Shown here: positions 17,401-26,509 of the stretch, piece by piece
Numbering within the stretch: the stretch's first letter is position 1
Layout: each line of letters opens with the position of its first letter
Virus record (IMG/VR): IMGVR_UViG_3300028299_000003
Location: 12,632-76,631 of that record
Reading direction: 5' to 3' (one strand)
Source: a virus
Length of the DNA: 64,000 nucleotides
The notes under the pieces: generated by a model
Told to the model about the DNA's origin: nothing
Database searches by the model: none
Seen by the model: the letters and a program-made list of their open reading frames with translations, nothing else
Made by a program: the position numbers and the translations under genes

Positions 17401-18496
17401 TGAACCTAAAGAATTATTAAGATGTACATTATATGGACAAACAGAAATAGAAGATGAAAGATTTGATATAATGTTGAGAAATCTTGGTATAGATATTTAT
17501 AAAGAAGCTGAATTCATATTTAAAGATTCTGATATACAAGAACAATCTGTGGATTACATTAGATTAAATAGAAAAAGAAAAGAGATGTTATCAATATATC
17601 CACAAATATTTGATTATGTTGGATCATATAAAGCGTTGATACACGCGATAGATTATTTTGGATATAATGATTTAGAATTATATGAATATTATAGAAATTT
17701 AAAAGAAGATTCTCCTCTATATGGAAAATTACACAAAATAATAATACCAGATATTTTTGATAATACTGTTGATGGGTGGAATTCTGTAGATTTCATAAGT
17801 AAGAAGTATGATAAGAGATATTATAAAAAGACAAATTTATTCAATTTAACTTACAGAATAACAGACATATATGGTAATTATACTTTACAATATTCATTGG
17901 AAGAAGTACAAACAAAATTGATGGCGTTAGTTAGTTGGTTAAGGAGAAATGTTATTCCATTATCATCAAACATAAGGGATATAACTGGTGTCGCGGACGC
18001 GTTTCATGAACTAACATACCGTTATGATTCTTCTAATTATGTCAAAAAATATGTTTTAGATCAAGAGGTGGTTGGTGTTAATTTCAATTATACCACAACT
18101 ATGATAGATAATTATAATTATTTATTTTCTATAAATTTCTATGTTTTATCTGGTCAGACTGCTCCTGAATTTTTCTCTGGTAGAATAAAAACATATAGTA
18201 TAGATTTAGAAACAAATGAGTTATTACCTCAACAAAATTTTGAAATATTTAAAACTAATTATGAACCATATTCATTTAATATAAATTTTGATGTTGATCC
18301 ATTTATATCAATAGAAATAACAACATTTAATGGGTATGGTGTTGGGTATATGAATTCAAAAATGTTCAAATTTAATGAAGGAAAAAACTTCCATTTAGTT
18401 AATAGTAATTTTAATACCACTAACTTTTCGTATTTAAATACAAGTGATGGTTACTATATAATAGATGATGGTCGTTATTATGTAATAAAATATTAA
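14423..18496 (+). CDS. large putative virion structural protein (baseplate/tail-like)
   Basis: 1357 aa, beta-rich, YVGSYKALIHAIDYFGY, structural context. Confidence 0.5.
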   Translation: MDKSEKLLFFNKEGYLYNFQYDNIDQKWEGKILFDENSDELFKTQGLYIFESVDPINFTGIFDMEPSQLFNWSGMTFVSDRAKNEIITNIEKVNNSSSFYSKWIYGHDFEIKFRPGTVVSFSGETFTGTGWSDFTNSAQTYFSILSTKKDAVLISTITNNQSFTGFQFQTGATLTSHNIIKVPDYGNEYLVDLNNLNYYEGKKLNIVDSYYNDGIYTYRDYNILKDKVYDFDLSTQTGGTLRLELTLYTERPRLYTGPVEIIITDNSLNGTSIIFENDINNDIQFFNTGQTMIFETYDGGGILPTNPIFTISGYRDKDLLVDHDIYFRTVAGRNYILIDGIDLTGVTNIDQLYLEANPVISGVTFHSGRTFDVICVENDAKLIVNSSGPSGSKIEVEQYVITEGPTRYNIYKKYKRSQIQTLYAQQTTYLSLTGYTGMTNCFTTTNVVSLSQTIINSGGTDNYYENTIDSFNIKYGSYLESLGVEMYLYTYSGTNYLMVDGLYEYNYKPYFAVNVYLNGTPLSIGNNFTFTTGFTHSDVYYFEVDENLTREKISLYDTNRLSKNFTCVIAFDLSNDLLDYGFTINLNTTDYFINYSSSSGTTSCTHETINDFIEKYDDIFSKIGFDLSSGYTSSGYTLDILGRYPNMDIINLDVDVNLFSTYTKHTTHNKGIVISSNVLRSVYLDLYDLELATGMIMSVSNSQYAMNNRDYNIIAVLNDMIQLSYQGPFFYDYAAKLDISTRDFIRKPRSYYDRIVDYKFSWAEQPFGEITKDIFFYDFSGNQLVSYNNITSLTYTGVEPLYSETNDKKVFLNRYANKFESEVTNPTNQQTVFDSIIHRLEMLNDSSSYDYTPSPLEVFFGFNSSDEGVSVNEMKLEKVEYVTITGTTHNSGVTTYDSHFIVSGDTIQYITTDYLFDFNSYGLETDQLISLDFIENNTTTGQTIFNNYKNYRIKDLTQTKIFIDTDYSDRLNYFNTRYNLTYSGKTYDYVINVEPKELLRCTLYGQTEIEDERFDIMLRNLGIDIYKEAEFIFKDSDIQEQSVDYIRLNRKRKEMLSIYPQIFDYVGSYKALIHAIDYFGYNDLELYEYYRNLKEDSPLYGKLHKIIIPDIFDNTVDGWNSVDFISKKYDKRYYKKTNLFNLTYRITDIYGNYTLQYSLEEVQTKLMALVSWLRRNVIPLSSNIRDITGVADAFHELTYRYDSSNYVKKYVLDQEVVGVNFNYTTTMIDNYNYLFSINFYVLSGQTAPEFFSGRIKTYSIDLETNELLPQQNFEIFKTNYEPYSFNINFDVDPFISIEITTFNGYGVGYMNSKMFKFNEGKNFHLVNSNFNTTNFSYLNTSDGYYIIDDGRYYVIKY

Positions 18497-18501
18497 GAAA
18501 A

Positions 18502-18846
18502 ATGGAAAAAACAGAACAAGATATTCTATTAGAAGGGATAATAAAATATACCGAAAGCGGTAAATTAGTTTGGAAGGTCCTTCATCAAGGAGAATTTACA
18601 ACAGATTATTCTTCTCATATAAAAATAACAAATTTAAAGTTTGTAAATTTAACTTTTTTTAATAACTTTAAAGATAAAACTATGTCAGTTATTAATGTGA
18701 CAATATCAAAAGAATCTAATACTGTGATAGTTAAAGATAAGTCATCATTTAATAAAAAATATGCAACAATATCAGTTGATAGTAACGCTAGATTATTTTT
18801 ATTTGATGAATTATATAGAGAAATCAAGAAGAAATTAGAAAAATGA
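18502..18846 (+). CDS. hypothetical protein
   Basis: ORF track. Confidence 0.55.
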   Translation: MEKTEQDILLEGIIKYTESGKLVWKVLHQGEFTTDYSSHIKITNLKFVNLTFFNNFKDKTMSVINVTISKESNTVIVKDKSSFNKKYATISVDSNARLFLFDELYREIKKKLEK

Positions 18847-19733
18847 ACCTATCATCAGTATCCAGTATAATAGTTCTGACCAAGAATAAAAATATGGTAT
18901 GGACTTATCATAAACAAGAGAATGATAAATCGGTCTATAGATCAACATATATTCTTGGTACAACAACATGTAAGTATGAGTATAGAATGGATAAATCAAC
19001 TCTTATAGTAAGAGAGTTGAAATGGGGTAGATTAATAGCGGAAATAACAGTTACTGGAAACCAAAAAAATGGTGATAGATTTGATGAATTATCATCAGCT
19101 ATTATAGAATCCGTTATATATAATCAAGCGAAGAAAAGTAATGCAGAGAAACCCCGTGAATCATTTTTTCAAAGATTAGTAGATCCAAATAAGATATATT
19201 CCTCAGATGATAGAAAGAGAATTGAGGATATGATAGATAAACTAATAGAAGATACAGATGATGGTTCTATGAAATGGGAAAAGACATCAACAAAATATAA
19301 AAACGCTGAGTTTTTTTATTCAGAAATTAGATTAAGTAAAATAAAAAAATTGGAATTTGAATTAGTTTCTACGAAAGAACCATCAGAAGATTCAAGTGAA
19401 AATTGTCTTTTAGTATATCTTAGACGATATAAACACATTCGTGATAGAATTTTCAGTATACCTCTTAAAGATTTTATTTATATTATAAAATTAATAAAAT
19501 TAGTTAGATATAAATTAGGTGAAACGGATATAGATCCATATAAAGAAAGAAGAAGAAGTTTAATGGAATATTTAGAACATTTTGAGGGAACACTAATGGG
19601 TGGCATGAAAGACTATACCAAAGATAGAATAATAGATAGACTGTTTGTTATGAGAAAGAAAATAAAAGACGCTAACACCAAAAAAGAATTTGATGAATTA
19701 GAAACCGAAATCGCGTATTTTTCACATATGTAA
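18843..19733 (+). CDS. hypothetical protein
   Basis: ORF track. Confidence 0.6.
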   Translation: MNLSSVSSIIVLTKNKNMVWTYHKQENDKSVYRSTYILGTTTCKYEYRMDKSTLIVRELKWGRLIAEITVTGNQKNGDRFDELSSAIIESVIYNQAKKSNAEKPRESFFQRLVDPNKIYSSDDRKRIEDMIDKLIEDTDDGSMKWEKTSTKYKNAEFFYSEIRLSKIKKLEFELVSTKEPSEDSSENCLLVYLRRYKHIRDRIFSIPLKDFIYIIKLIKLVRYKLGETDIDPYKERRRSLMEYLEHFEGTLMGGMKDYTKDRIIDRLFVMRKKIKDANTKKEFDELETEIAYFSHM

Positions 19734-19781
19734 ATTATTTTAAAACAATCAAATTTTTAACTTATATAACCTAAAAAAACA

Positions 19782-20402
19782 TTGTTTGAAGGTAGTACTA
19801 TATTAATGGTTGTTTCACACCCAGATGATGAAATAATATTTGGATGGCCCATCCTACAAAATAAAAATATTAATAAGAAGATACTTTTAATATCATCAGA
19901 TATTTATAATGAAAAAGAATTTTTAAATAAAAATAGACTAATCCCAATAATTAAAATATGTGAAGAAACAAATACTGAATTATTTTCTTTAAATTATGAT
20001 AATAGTTTTTATAGGTTAGAAGGATGGCCTAAAACCCTATATAAACAACTAAATTATTTGATATCAAAAAAAATTAAAACAATAAAACATGACTATATTT
20101 TTACACACAATCCATATGGAGAATATGGTCATCCAGATCATAGATTTTGTTTTGAATCGGTTTTGTTATATTCCGAAAAACCAATAATATACACAGATAT
20201 TTGGTCAGAAAATCCAGATAATTGGATTGGTGAAAGTATGTCTGATAAATATAAAAAATTATATTTTAATGATTCATTAAGAATTGGTGAATATAATATT
20301 GATAGAGAATTTTACAAATATTGTATGCAACAATATGTTATTAACGGAACATGGACTTGGGGTTATGGTCCAATTGAAAAATGTAATTTATATATGATAT
20401 GA
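19782..20402 (+). CDS. PIG-L/LmbE family deacetylase
   Basis: SHPDDE and GEYGHPDH. Confidence 0.88.
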   Translation: MFEGSTILMVVSHPDDEIIFGWPILQNKNINKKILLISSDIYNEKEFLNKNRLIPIIKICEETNTELFSLNYDNSFYRLEGWPKTLYKQLNYLISKKIKTIKHDYIFTHNPYGEYGHPDHRFCFESVLLYSEKPIIYTDIWSENPDNWIGESMSDKYKKLYFNDSLRIGEYNIDREFYKYCMQQYVINGTWTWGYGPIEKCNLYMI

Positions 20403-21634
20403 AGATAATTCATTTAAGCCCAGGATTGATAGAAATACCACCAAAGGGTTGGGGGGCGATAGAAGAAGTTATATGGAATTATAAGTTAGAATTAGAGAAA
20501 TTCGGACATACAGTAGAAATACATAATTATTTTGAATTTCTAAAACTGGTTGATAATGGGTATGAGTATGATATTTTACACATTCATGTCTCTGATCAAT
20601 GTCATGAACTTATTGAAAGAGGATTAAAATATTTTTTCAATATTCACGATATACATTTATATACAAATTGGAAGATTAGTAAACAATATTTAGATTGTTT
20701 GAGAGCGGTCAAACATTCTATATTATCATTTTCACCATCTATGTTTTTAATTGAAAGAATGGACCAGGTTAAAAATAAGATAATTTATGTACCACATGGA
20801 GTGAATAAAGATACATATAAATCAAATTTAAATAAAGATAATTCAGAAATTAAATTGTTATGTATCGCTAAGAATGGAACAGCGGTATGGAAAGGATATG
20901 ATAATAAAGGATTTATACACTCGGTGGAAATAGCTAAAAAATTAAATCTACCATTAACTATAGTTGGTGACAACACAGAATTTTTTAGTAAAAATGATTA
21001 TGATTTTTCTTACGTTAATATTATTCAAAGAAATGTTTTTAAAGATGAACTTATAAATGAATTTTATGGAAAACACCATATACTATTACATATGTCAAAA
21101 TTAGAAAGTGGTCAACCATGTTTAGTAATATTGGAGGCGTTATCATGTGAATTACCAGTTGTTTCAATGAGTATAGATAATTATGAAATTCCTGGTGTTG
21201 AATTTGTAAAAAATATTGATGATGGGGTAAAATCTGTTATTAAAATTATTGAAAATTATGATAAATATAAGGAAATGACAATTTTATCATCAGATAAGTA
21301 CAGATGGAGAAATTCTGTTGGAATAATAAATATGCATTACAGTGAATCAATGAAAAAACATAATATAATAAAATTCGTACCAGCTGATGATAGAGGAATA
21401 CCAGAAAGTGTTTTTAATATTTATGTTCAGAATGATTTGTTAAAAGTAAAACTTCTTGAGTCTGATAAATTTGAATATGATGTTTTATTTAAAGATTCTA
21501 ATCAAAATGAACTTTATAGAAAATCACTAGTAAATAATACTTGGTGTGGCGTTTTTTTAAATAAAAATCATTATTTTATATCAATAAAAAGAAAAGATTG
21601 GGTAGTTGATTATGTTGTAGAATATAAAATATGA
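20399..21634 (+). CDS. GT4 family glycosyltransferase
   Basis: IPPKGWGAIE, VPHGVN, ESGQPCLVILEALSCELPVV. Confidence 0.88.
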   Translation: MKIIHLSPGLIEIPPKGWGAIEEVIWNYKLELEKFGHTVEIHNYFEFLKLVDNGYEYDILHIHVSDQCHELIERGLKYFFNIHDIHLYTNWKISKQYLDCLRAVKHSILSFSPSMFLIERMDQVKNKIIYVPHGVNKDTYKSNLNKDNSEIKLLCIAKNGTAVWKGYDNKGFIHSVEIAKKLNLPLTIVGDNTEFFSKNDYDFSYVNIIQRNVFKDELINEFYGKHHILLHMSKLESGQPCLVILEALSCELPVVSMSIDNYEIPGVEFVKNIDDGVKSVIKIIENYDKYKEMTILSSDKYRWRNSVGIINMHYSESMKKHNIIKFVPADDRGIPESVFNIYVQNDLLKVKLLESDKFEYDVLFKDSNQNELYRKSLVNNTWCGVFLNKNHYFISIKRKDWVVDYVVEYKI

Positions 21635-21681
21635 TTTTTTTTTATTAGAAAGTTTTTTTATATTTATAAAAATAGATAGTT

Positions 21682-22374
21682 ATGGAAAGATATTATATAA
21701 TAAGTAGTTTACACAGAATGAATTTTCTGAAAAAATATGGATTTAGACCATTTAAATTGGATTTAAACGAAAAGAATAATATATTCTTTATTGTAGATAA
21801 ATTAGATGGTCAAAAAGATTCGTTGTTTATATTATCAGAAGGTGTTAGATCATATTTCACATTTTTTTCATTAAATTATCTGAAAAATTCAGTATCAATT
21901 TTAATTGATCCCGTATTTTTCACTAAGAATGGTGGGTTAATAACACCACCATATGATATTTTATCCGCTGAGAAAAATACAAATAGAATGATTTTACTTA
22001 GTTCTAAAAAACCAATGACAGAAAAAACTGTTCCGTTACTCGAATTATGGGGTGAGAATTATAAAATAATTGATACAGATAAAATAACAGATGAACAATT
22101 GGAGGCTGAGTTGGATAAATATTTATATGATTATAAAATAAAACCAAAAGAAGAAGTCAATGTTGAAATAGATGAGAAAAAAAGGGATGAAGAGATTAAA
22201 GAATTTTTATCTGGATACAAAAAAACTAAAGATGATATTAGTTCGATATTAGGTGATAATCTACCAGAATTTATTTTAGATAAAACTAAAGGAGATAATT
22301 ATAAAAAGATTAGTTTTAAATATGCTGATTACAAAGTAAAGAAAAAAAATGATGATGGATTATTTTCTATTTAA
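21682..22374 (+). CDS. hypothetical protein
   Basis: ORF track. Confidence 0.6.
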   Translation: MERYYIISSLHRMNFLKKYGFRPFKLDLNEKNNIFFIVDKLDGQKDSLFILSEGVRSYFTFFSLNYLKNSVSILIDPVFFTKNGGLITPPYDILSAEKNTNRMILLSSKKPMTEKTVPLLELWGENYKIIDTDKITDEQLEAELDKYLYDYKIKPKEEVNVEIDEKKRDEEIKEFLSGYKKTKDDISSILGDNLPEFILDKTKGDNYKKISFKYADYKVKKKNDDGLFSI

Positions 22375-22613
22375 AAATCTTTCTATATTCTGACTAAGAA
22401 CTGATTTTCCGTATATATCTTGTCTTTCATTATAACACCTAAATCCAATAGATTCGTTATAATATTTTAGAATTATATCATCTTTTAGTTTTAATCCAGA
22501 TGATGATAATATATGATATAGGTATATTTCATCCATTTCTGTTATTCTTTTAATTGTATTATTAACAGTAGGATCTAAATTTTTTTCAACTAATTTATTT
22601 AATTTATCTTTTA

Positions 22614-22907
22614 TCATTCCATTGATTTGAATATTATAGCACTTTGTTCTAACCACCCAAATTCTCTTTTAATTTCTTCTGGTGATCGTGATGTACTTAT
22701 GTTGAATTTATAGTGATCATTATCAATTTTATCAAAACTATTTAGTTTTATACCATTTTGTTCTAACCATCCAAACTCATTATTGAAAGCGTCTGATATA
22801 GTTTTCTGACCAGATATCTCTAGTACTTGATTATCATCCACATAACATATAACAGTATATGTGTTATCTGTGTTTTCTTTTATATAATTTGAATATTGTT
22901 TCAACAT
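22614..22907 (-). CDS. hypothetical protein with internal repeat EFGWLEQ
   Basis: Two EFGWLEQ copies; leader MLKQYSNYIKE. Confidence 0.6.
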   Translation of the reverse strand: MLKQYSNYIKENTDNTYTVICYVDDNQVLEISGQKTISDAFNNEFGWLEQNGIKLNSFDKIDNDHYKFNISTSRSPEEIKREFGWLEQSAIIFKSME

Positions 22908-22995
22908 GAGAATTATTTTTTTTATTATATATAAAATATTTATATTTAGATTATATATTAAATATATACATTAGAAAAATAATTAAGTTTATTTA

Positions 22996-23586
22996 ATGAA
23001 GAGACTAGATATTGTCGGATTACCAAGTGGCCAAATTATAACCATTACGGATGACCAATTAAAAGAGTTGATAAAAAATATGGTGGTTTGGAAAATAACG
23101 CGATATCTAACAACCTCGTTAGATGATGGTGTATATTGTTTTAATGATGATGATGTGGAATTTATCACAAGAAAATTATCTATGATGTTATATGATCAAG
23201 CATTTAAAAAAGATTCATATGAGTCAGGAACATTTATGCGATATTTACAAAAAATATATCCAGACTCATCTAGTTGGAATAATATAATAACATTAACTTG
23301 TTCATCTCAGGATTTGAATAATTTAGAAGGAATAGAAAATCTTAAAAATTTAGAAGTGTTACATTGTGATCATAATAATATAGAAGAGTTAAATATAGGT
23401 GGTCTAAGTAAATTAAGAATTCTTTATTGTAATGGTAATAAATTAACTATGATTAAAGATATTTCTAGATTAAAAAATCTAACTATTTTATGGTACGAAG
23501 ATAATGATTTCAATGAACATTATTTGAAATTTTTAGATAGATATTGTAAGATTAGAAAAATAAGAACTATACACAGAAAAAAGTAG
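22996..23586 (+). CDS. leucine-rich repeat protein
   Basis: LKNLEVLHCDHNNI, LSKLRILYCNGNKL, LKNLTILWYEDNDF. Confidence 0.85.
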   Translation: MKRLDIVGLPSGQIITITDDQLKELIKNMVVWKITRYLTTSLDDGVYCFNDDDVEFITRKLSMMLYDQAFKKDSYESGTFMRYLQKIYPDSSSWNNIITLTCSSQDLNNLEGIENLKNLEVLHCDHNNIEELNIGGLSKLRILYCNGNKLTMIKDISRLKNLTILWYEDNDFNEHYLKFLDRYCKIRKIRTIHRKK

Positions 23587-23637
23587 ACCCCTAATTATCT
23601 TATAGAACCTATTTTTTTATATATAGAATAAAAATAG

Positions 23638-24351
23638 ATGATGAATCTTATCGGGCTTGATATTTCTGTTAATAGTACTGGATTATCAATATTTAAAGAT
23701 GATAAATTAGAATTATATAATTTCACTACTATAAAAGATAGTTATATATGGGTTAAAAAGACCATAGAATATATCAATTTTGAATTTATCAATTATACTT
23801 ATTCTGATAATGATGATTACAGTGAAAAAGAAATAATAAAACTTGTAGAATTCAATAAAATTTCTGATATTATTTTTGATAAAATTTGTGAGAATATTAA
23901 TAAAGATGAAAAAACATACATATGTATTGAGGGATATAATTTTGGGTTTAAACAGAACACTAATAGTATAACAGATATCGTATGTATCTCTACTATTTTA
24001 AAATCTAAGTTATTAAATATTCCAAATTTAGAACAGATGTTAATTCTTTCACCAAAATCAATTAAATCATATGTTGCTGAAATGGTATATGGTACAACAC
24101 AGACTATAAACAAAAGAGGGACAAAAAAAATCATTAATAAGAGTCCAGATGGTGTTAGTGGCGGAAATTTCTCTAAACACGACATGTTAAAAGCTATAAT
24201 TGATTCGGATTATGATGATATTTTGACGAATATTGTAAAAAAAAATAAAGATGAAATATTAAAAATGAAGAACATTCCAAAACCGTTTGATGATATTTGT
24301 GATAGTTATTGGATAGTTAAAGTTCTTAGTAATATATTAAAATCTTCATAA
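23638..24351 (+). CDS. RuvC-like Holliday junction resolvase
   Basis: GLDISVNSTG, CIEGY, DDICDSY. Confidence 0.75.
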   Translation: MMNLIGLDISVNSTGLSIFKDDKLELYNFTTIKDSYIWVKKTIEYINFEFINYTYSDNDDYSEKEIIKLVEFNKISDIIFDKICENINKDEKTYICIEGYNFGFKQNTNSITDIVCISTILKSKLLNIPNLEQMLILSPKSIKSYVAEMVYGTTQTINKRGTKKIINKSPDGVSGGNFSKHDMLKAIIDSDYDDILTNIVKKNKDEILKMKNIPKPFDDICDSYWIVKVLSNILKSS

Positions 24352-25358
24352 TTTTTATTTATAATAAAAATAAAATTATATCCTTGTTCTATACATGACT
24401 TTTGTTTTATCAAGTTCTTTTCAATATCTTTTTTGTAGATATAATCCGATTTTATTTCTATAATTAGATTAAATGGTTTATAAAAAAAATCAGAAAAGTA
24501 AATTTTTTCTTTGTTTTCAAATTTATATCGAATTGTTTTTCCCTTTTCAATGTTCAAATTCTGATATTTTTCTAAAAAATCTAATTCATAAGTTCCTTGA
24601 TAAGTTAAGTTTTTAAATTTTTTTCGTAAAAATAATGATTTTTGTTTTTTTAAATTTATAATTTCATCCTGAGAAACATTATTAACCCCATATTTTATTA
24701 AACAAGTTTCTACACTTTTACATCTATTATTATAATTCTCATTTCCATATTTTTTGAATTTTGTATTTTTACCCTTTTTTCTAATATTTTTATTTTGTAA
24801 TGGGTTTTCAACCCCATAATTTTTTAATGTTGTTTTGATTTTTTTATTTTTTATTTGTTCTGATTGAGATGGGTTCTTAACATTCCAATTTTTTAATGTT
24901 GTCTGTGTTTTTTTGTATTTGATTTTATCATTTTTCGAAACATTATCAACCCCATAATTTTTTCTAATCGTTTCTTTTGATTTTTCTTTAATTATTTTAC
25001 TACATAATGGTGATTTCCCACCATATTTTTCCATCATTGTTTTAGATTGTTTTGATTTTATATCTGGATGTTGACTACTAACACACCCAAACCTCTCATT
25101 GAAAGTATTCATAAGTTTTCCAACTGAACATTTATGGCTACATGCATATAAAACAGTTCCCATTTTTGTGTTTTTAGTATATTTACAATATTTTAATTCT
25201 TTTTCATTACCACAAATATCACATTTAACTCTTATTATATAATTACTATTCGGCCTTAAATCTTCTATTTTAACATCAATTAAATTTTTATATTTATCAT
25301 ATCCCTTATTGATATAATAAGGTTTATTTTTAATCTTTATAGTTTTATTTATTATCAT
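24306..25358 (-). CDS. putative homing endonuclease (YGVxN repeats plus PD-(D/E)XK)
   Basis: NYGVDNVS/NYGVENPL repeats; YFSDF..IIEIKS. Confidence 0.72.
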   Translation of the reverse strand: MIINKTIKIKNKPYYINKGYDKYKNLIDVKIEDLRPNSNYIIRVKCDICGNEKELKYCKYTKNTKMGTVLYACSHKCSVGKLMNTFNERFGCVSSQHPDIKSKQSKTMMEKYGGKSPLCSKIIKEKSKETIRKNYGVDNVSKNDKIKYKKTQTTLKNWNVKNPSQSEQIKNKKIKTTLKNYGVENPLQNKNIRKKGKNTKFKKYGNENYNNRCKSVETCLIKYGVNNVSQDEIINLKKQKSLFLRKKFKNLTYQGTYELDFLEKYQNLNIEKGKTIRYKFENKEKIYFSDFFYKPFNLIIEIKSDYIYKKDIEKNLIKQKSCIEQGYNFIFIINKNYEDFNILLRTLTIQ

Positions 25359-25515
25359 ATAATAATATCATTTTTATTATTCCATTCTTTTTAAAATTTT
25401 TATGTATCAAGTGTTCAACATATCTTGATTTATTTTCAAAATTATTTTCTAGAAAATCAATTATATAAGGACTTAAACTAAATACTATTTTCTTTTTTGT
25501 TATTTCTTTTTTCAT
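25345..25515 (-). CDS. small ribbon-helix-helix-like protein (not in ORF track)
   Basis: MKKEITKKKIVFSLSPYIIDFLENNFENKSRYVEHLI. Confidence 0.6.
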   Translation of the reverse strand: MKKEITKKKIVFSLSPYIIDFLENNFENKSRYVEHLIHKNFKKNGIIKMILLYDNK

Positions 25516-25614
25516 TTTGTTTGTATTTTACTTGTATATATAAAATTAAAAATATCATATTTTTCCAATTATTAAACAAAATACCTCATTATTAATATAT
25601 AAAGATAAAACATA

Positions 25615-25785
25615 ATGGCTAGACCAAAGATAAAAAACAAAAAAAGAAACATATCACTTTCAATAAATATTGAATTGGATGAAATTTTTGAAGATTTTGT
25701 TAAAGATAAAAAAATAACAAAATCTCAATATGTTGAATATTTAATTGAAAAGGAAATGGATAAAGAAACGAAAAAAGAATTTTAA
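25615..25785 (+). CDS. small ribbon-helix-helix-like protein (not in ORF track)
   Basis: MARPKIKNKKRNISLSINIELDEIFEDFVKDKKITKSQYVEYLI. Confidence 0.7.
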   Translation: MARPKIKNKKRNISLSINIELDEIFEDFVKDKKITKSQYVEYLIEKEMDKETKKEF

Positions 25786-25809
25786 TATATAAAGAAAAAA
25801 AGTTTTACT

Positions 25810-26259
25810 ATGAAACATTTAAGAGAATATCGCCATTTTAAAATTGACCCATCAAGGAATAATATTAAAGACCCAAATGAACCATTTTTCATTGAACCAA
25901 AGTATGATTATAAGCAAAAAAGGTTATTAGGAATAGAAAACAAAAAAGAATTAATAGAAATAGATATTCCAACAATAAATAATCTAATACAGAATATAGC
26001 AGTTGAATCTGCTGCAGGAACATACCAACTTAGTGAAAATCTTCTTACTGTTCTCAATAAAATAAGAAAATATGTTGAAAGTTATTATGAGGATGATCGT
26101 TCTGATATAAGTGAAAGTTATTTAGTATTTGAAGAATTATCAGACGATGATTTGAGAAAATTAACAAAACTTGGATTTGGTGTTTATATATATGATGATT
26201 CAAATGAATATAGTGAATATTTTGGTGATAAACACAGAATATCCTGGGAATGGAAATAA
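25810..26259 (+). CDS. hypothetical protein
   Basis: MKHLREY leader. Confidence 0.6.
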   Translation: MKHLREYRHFKIDPSRNNIKDPNEPFFIEPKYDYKQKRLLGIENKKELIEIDIPTINNLIQNIAVESAAGTYQLSENLLTVLNKIRKYVESYYEDDRSDISESYLVFEELSDDDLRKLTKLGFGVYIYDDSNEYSEYFGDKHRISWEWK

Positions 26260-26273
26260 AAAATAAATAGAAA

Positions 26274-26492
26274 ATGATTAAACTGTTTGAAAATTTTGAA
26301 AATGATTCAAGAAAAATATGGAATTCTATGAGTAAAGGAGAAAGAATAGATTTTATAATAACATATTTTCCGAGGATAAAAGAAGAAGATTATGAAGTAA
26401 TATCAAATCAAGGATTTGGAACATTAGATTATTATTTAATGTTTGATAAAAGTGTAATATCAAAAAGATTAAAAGAATATAAAAAGGATTAA
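26274..26492 (+). CDS. hypothetical protein
   Basis: MIKLFENF leader. Confidence 0.6.
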   Translation: MIKLFENFENDSRKIWNSMSKGERIDFIITYFPRIKEEDYEVISNQGFGTLDYYLMFDKSVISKRLKEYKKD

Positions 26493-26509
26493 AAAGTTAG
26501 GTTAAAGAA

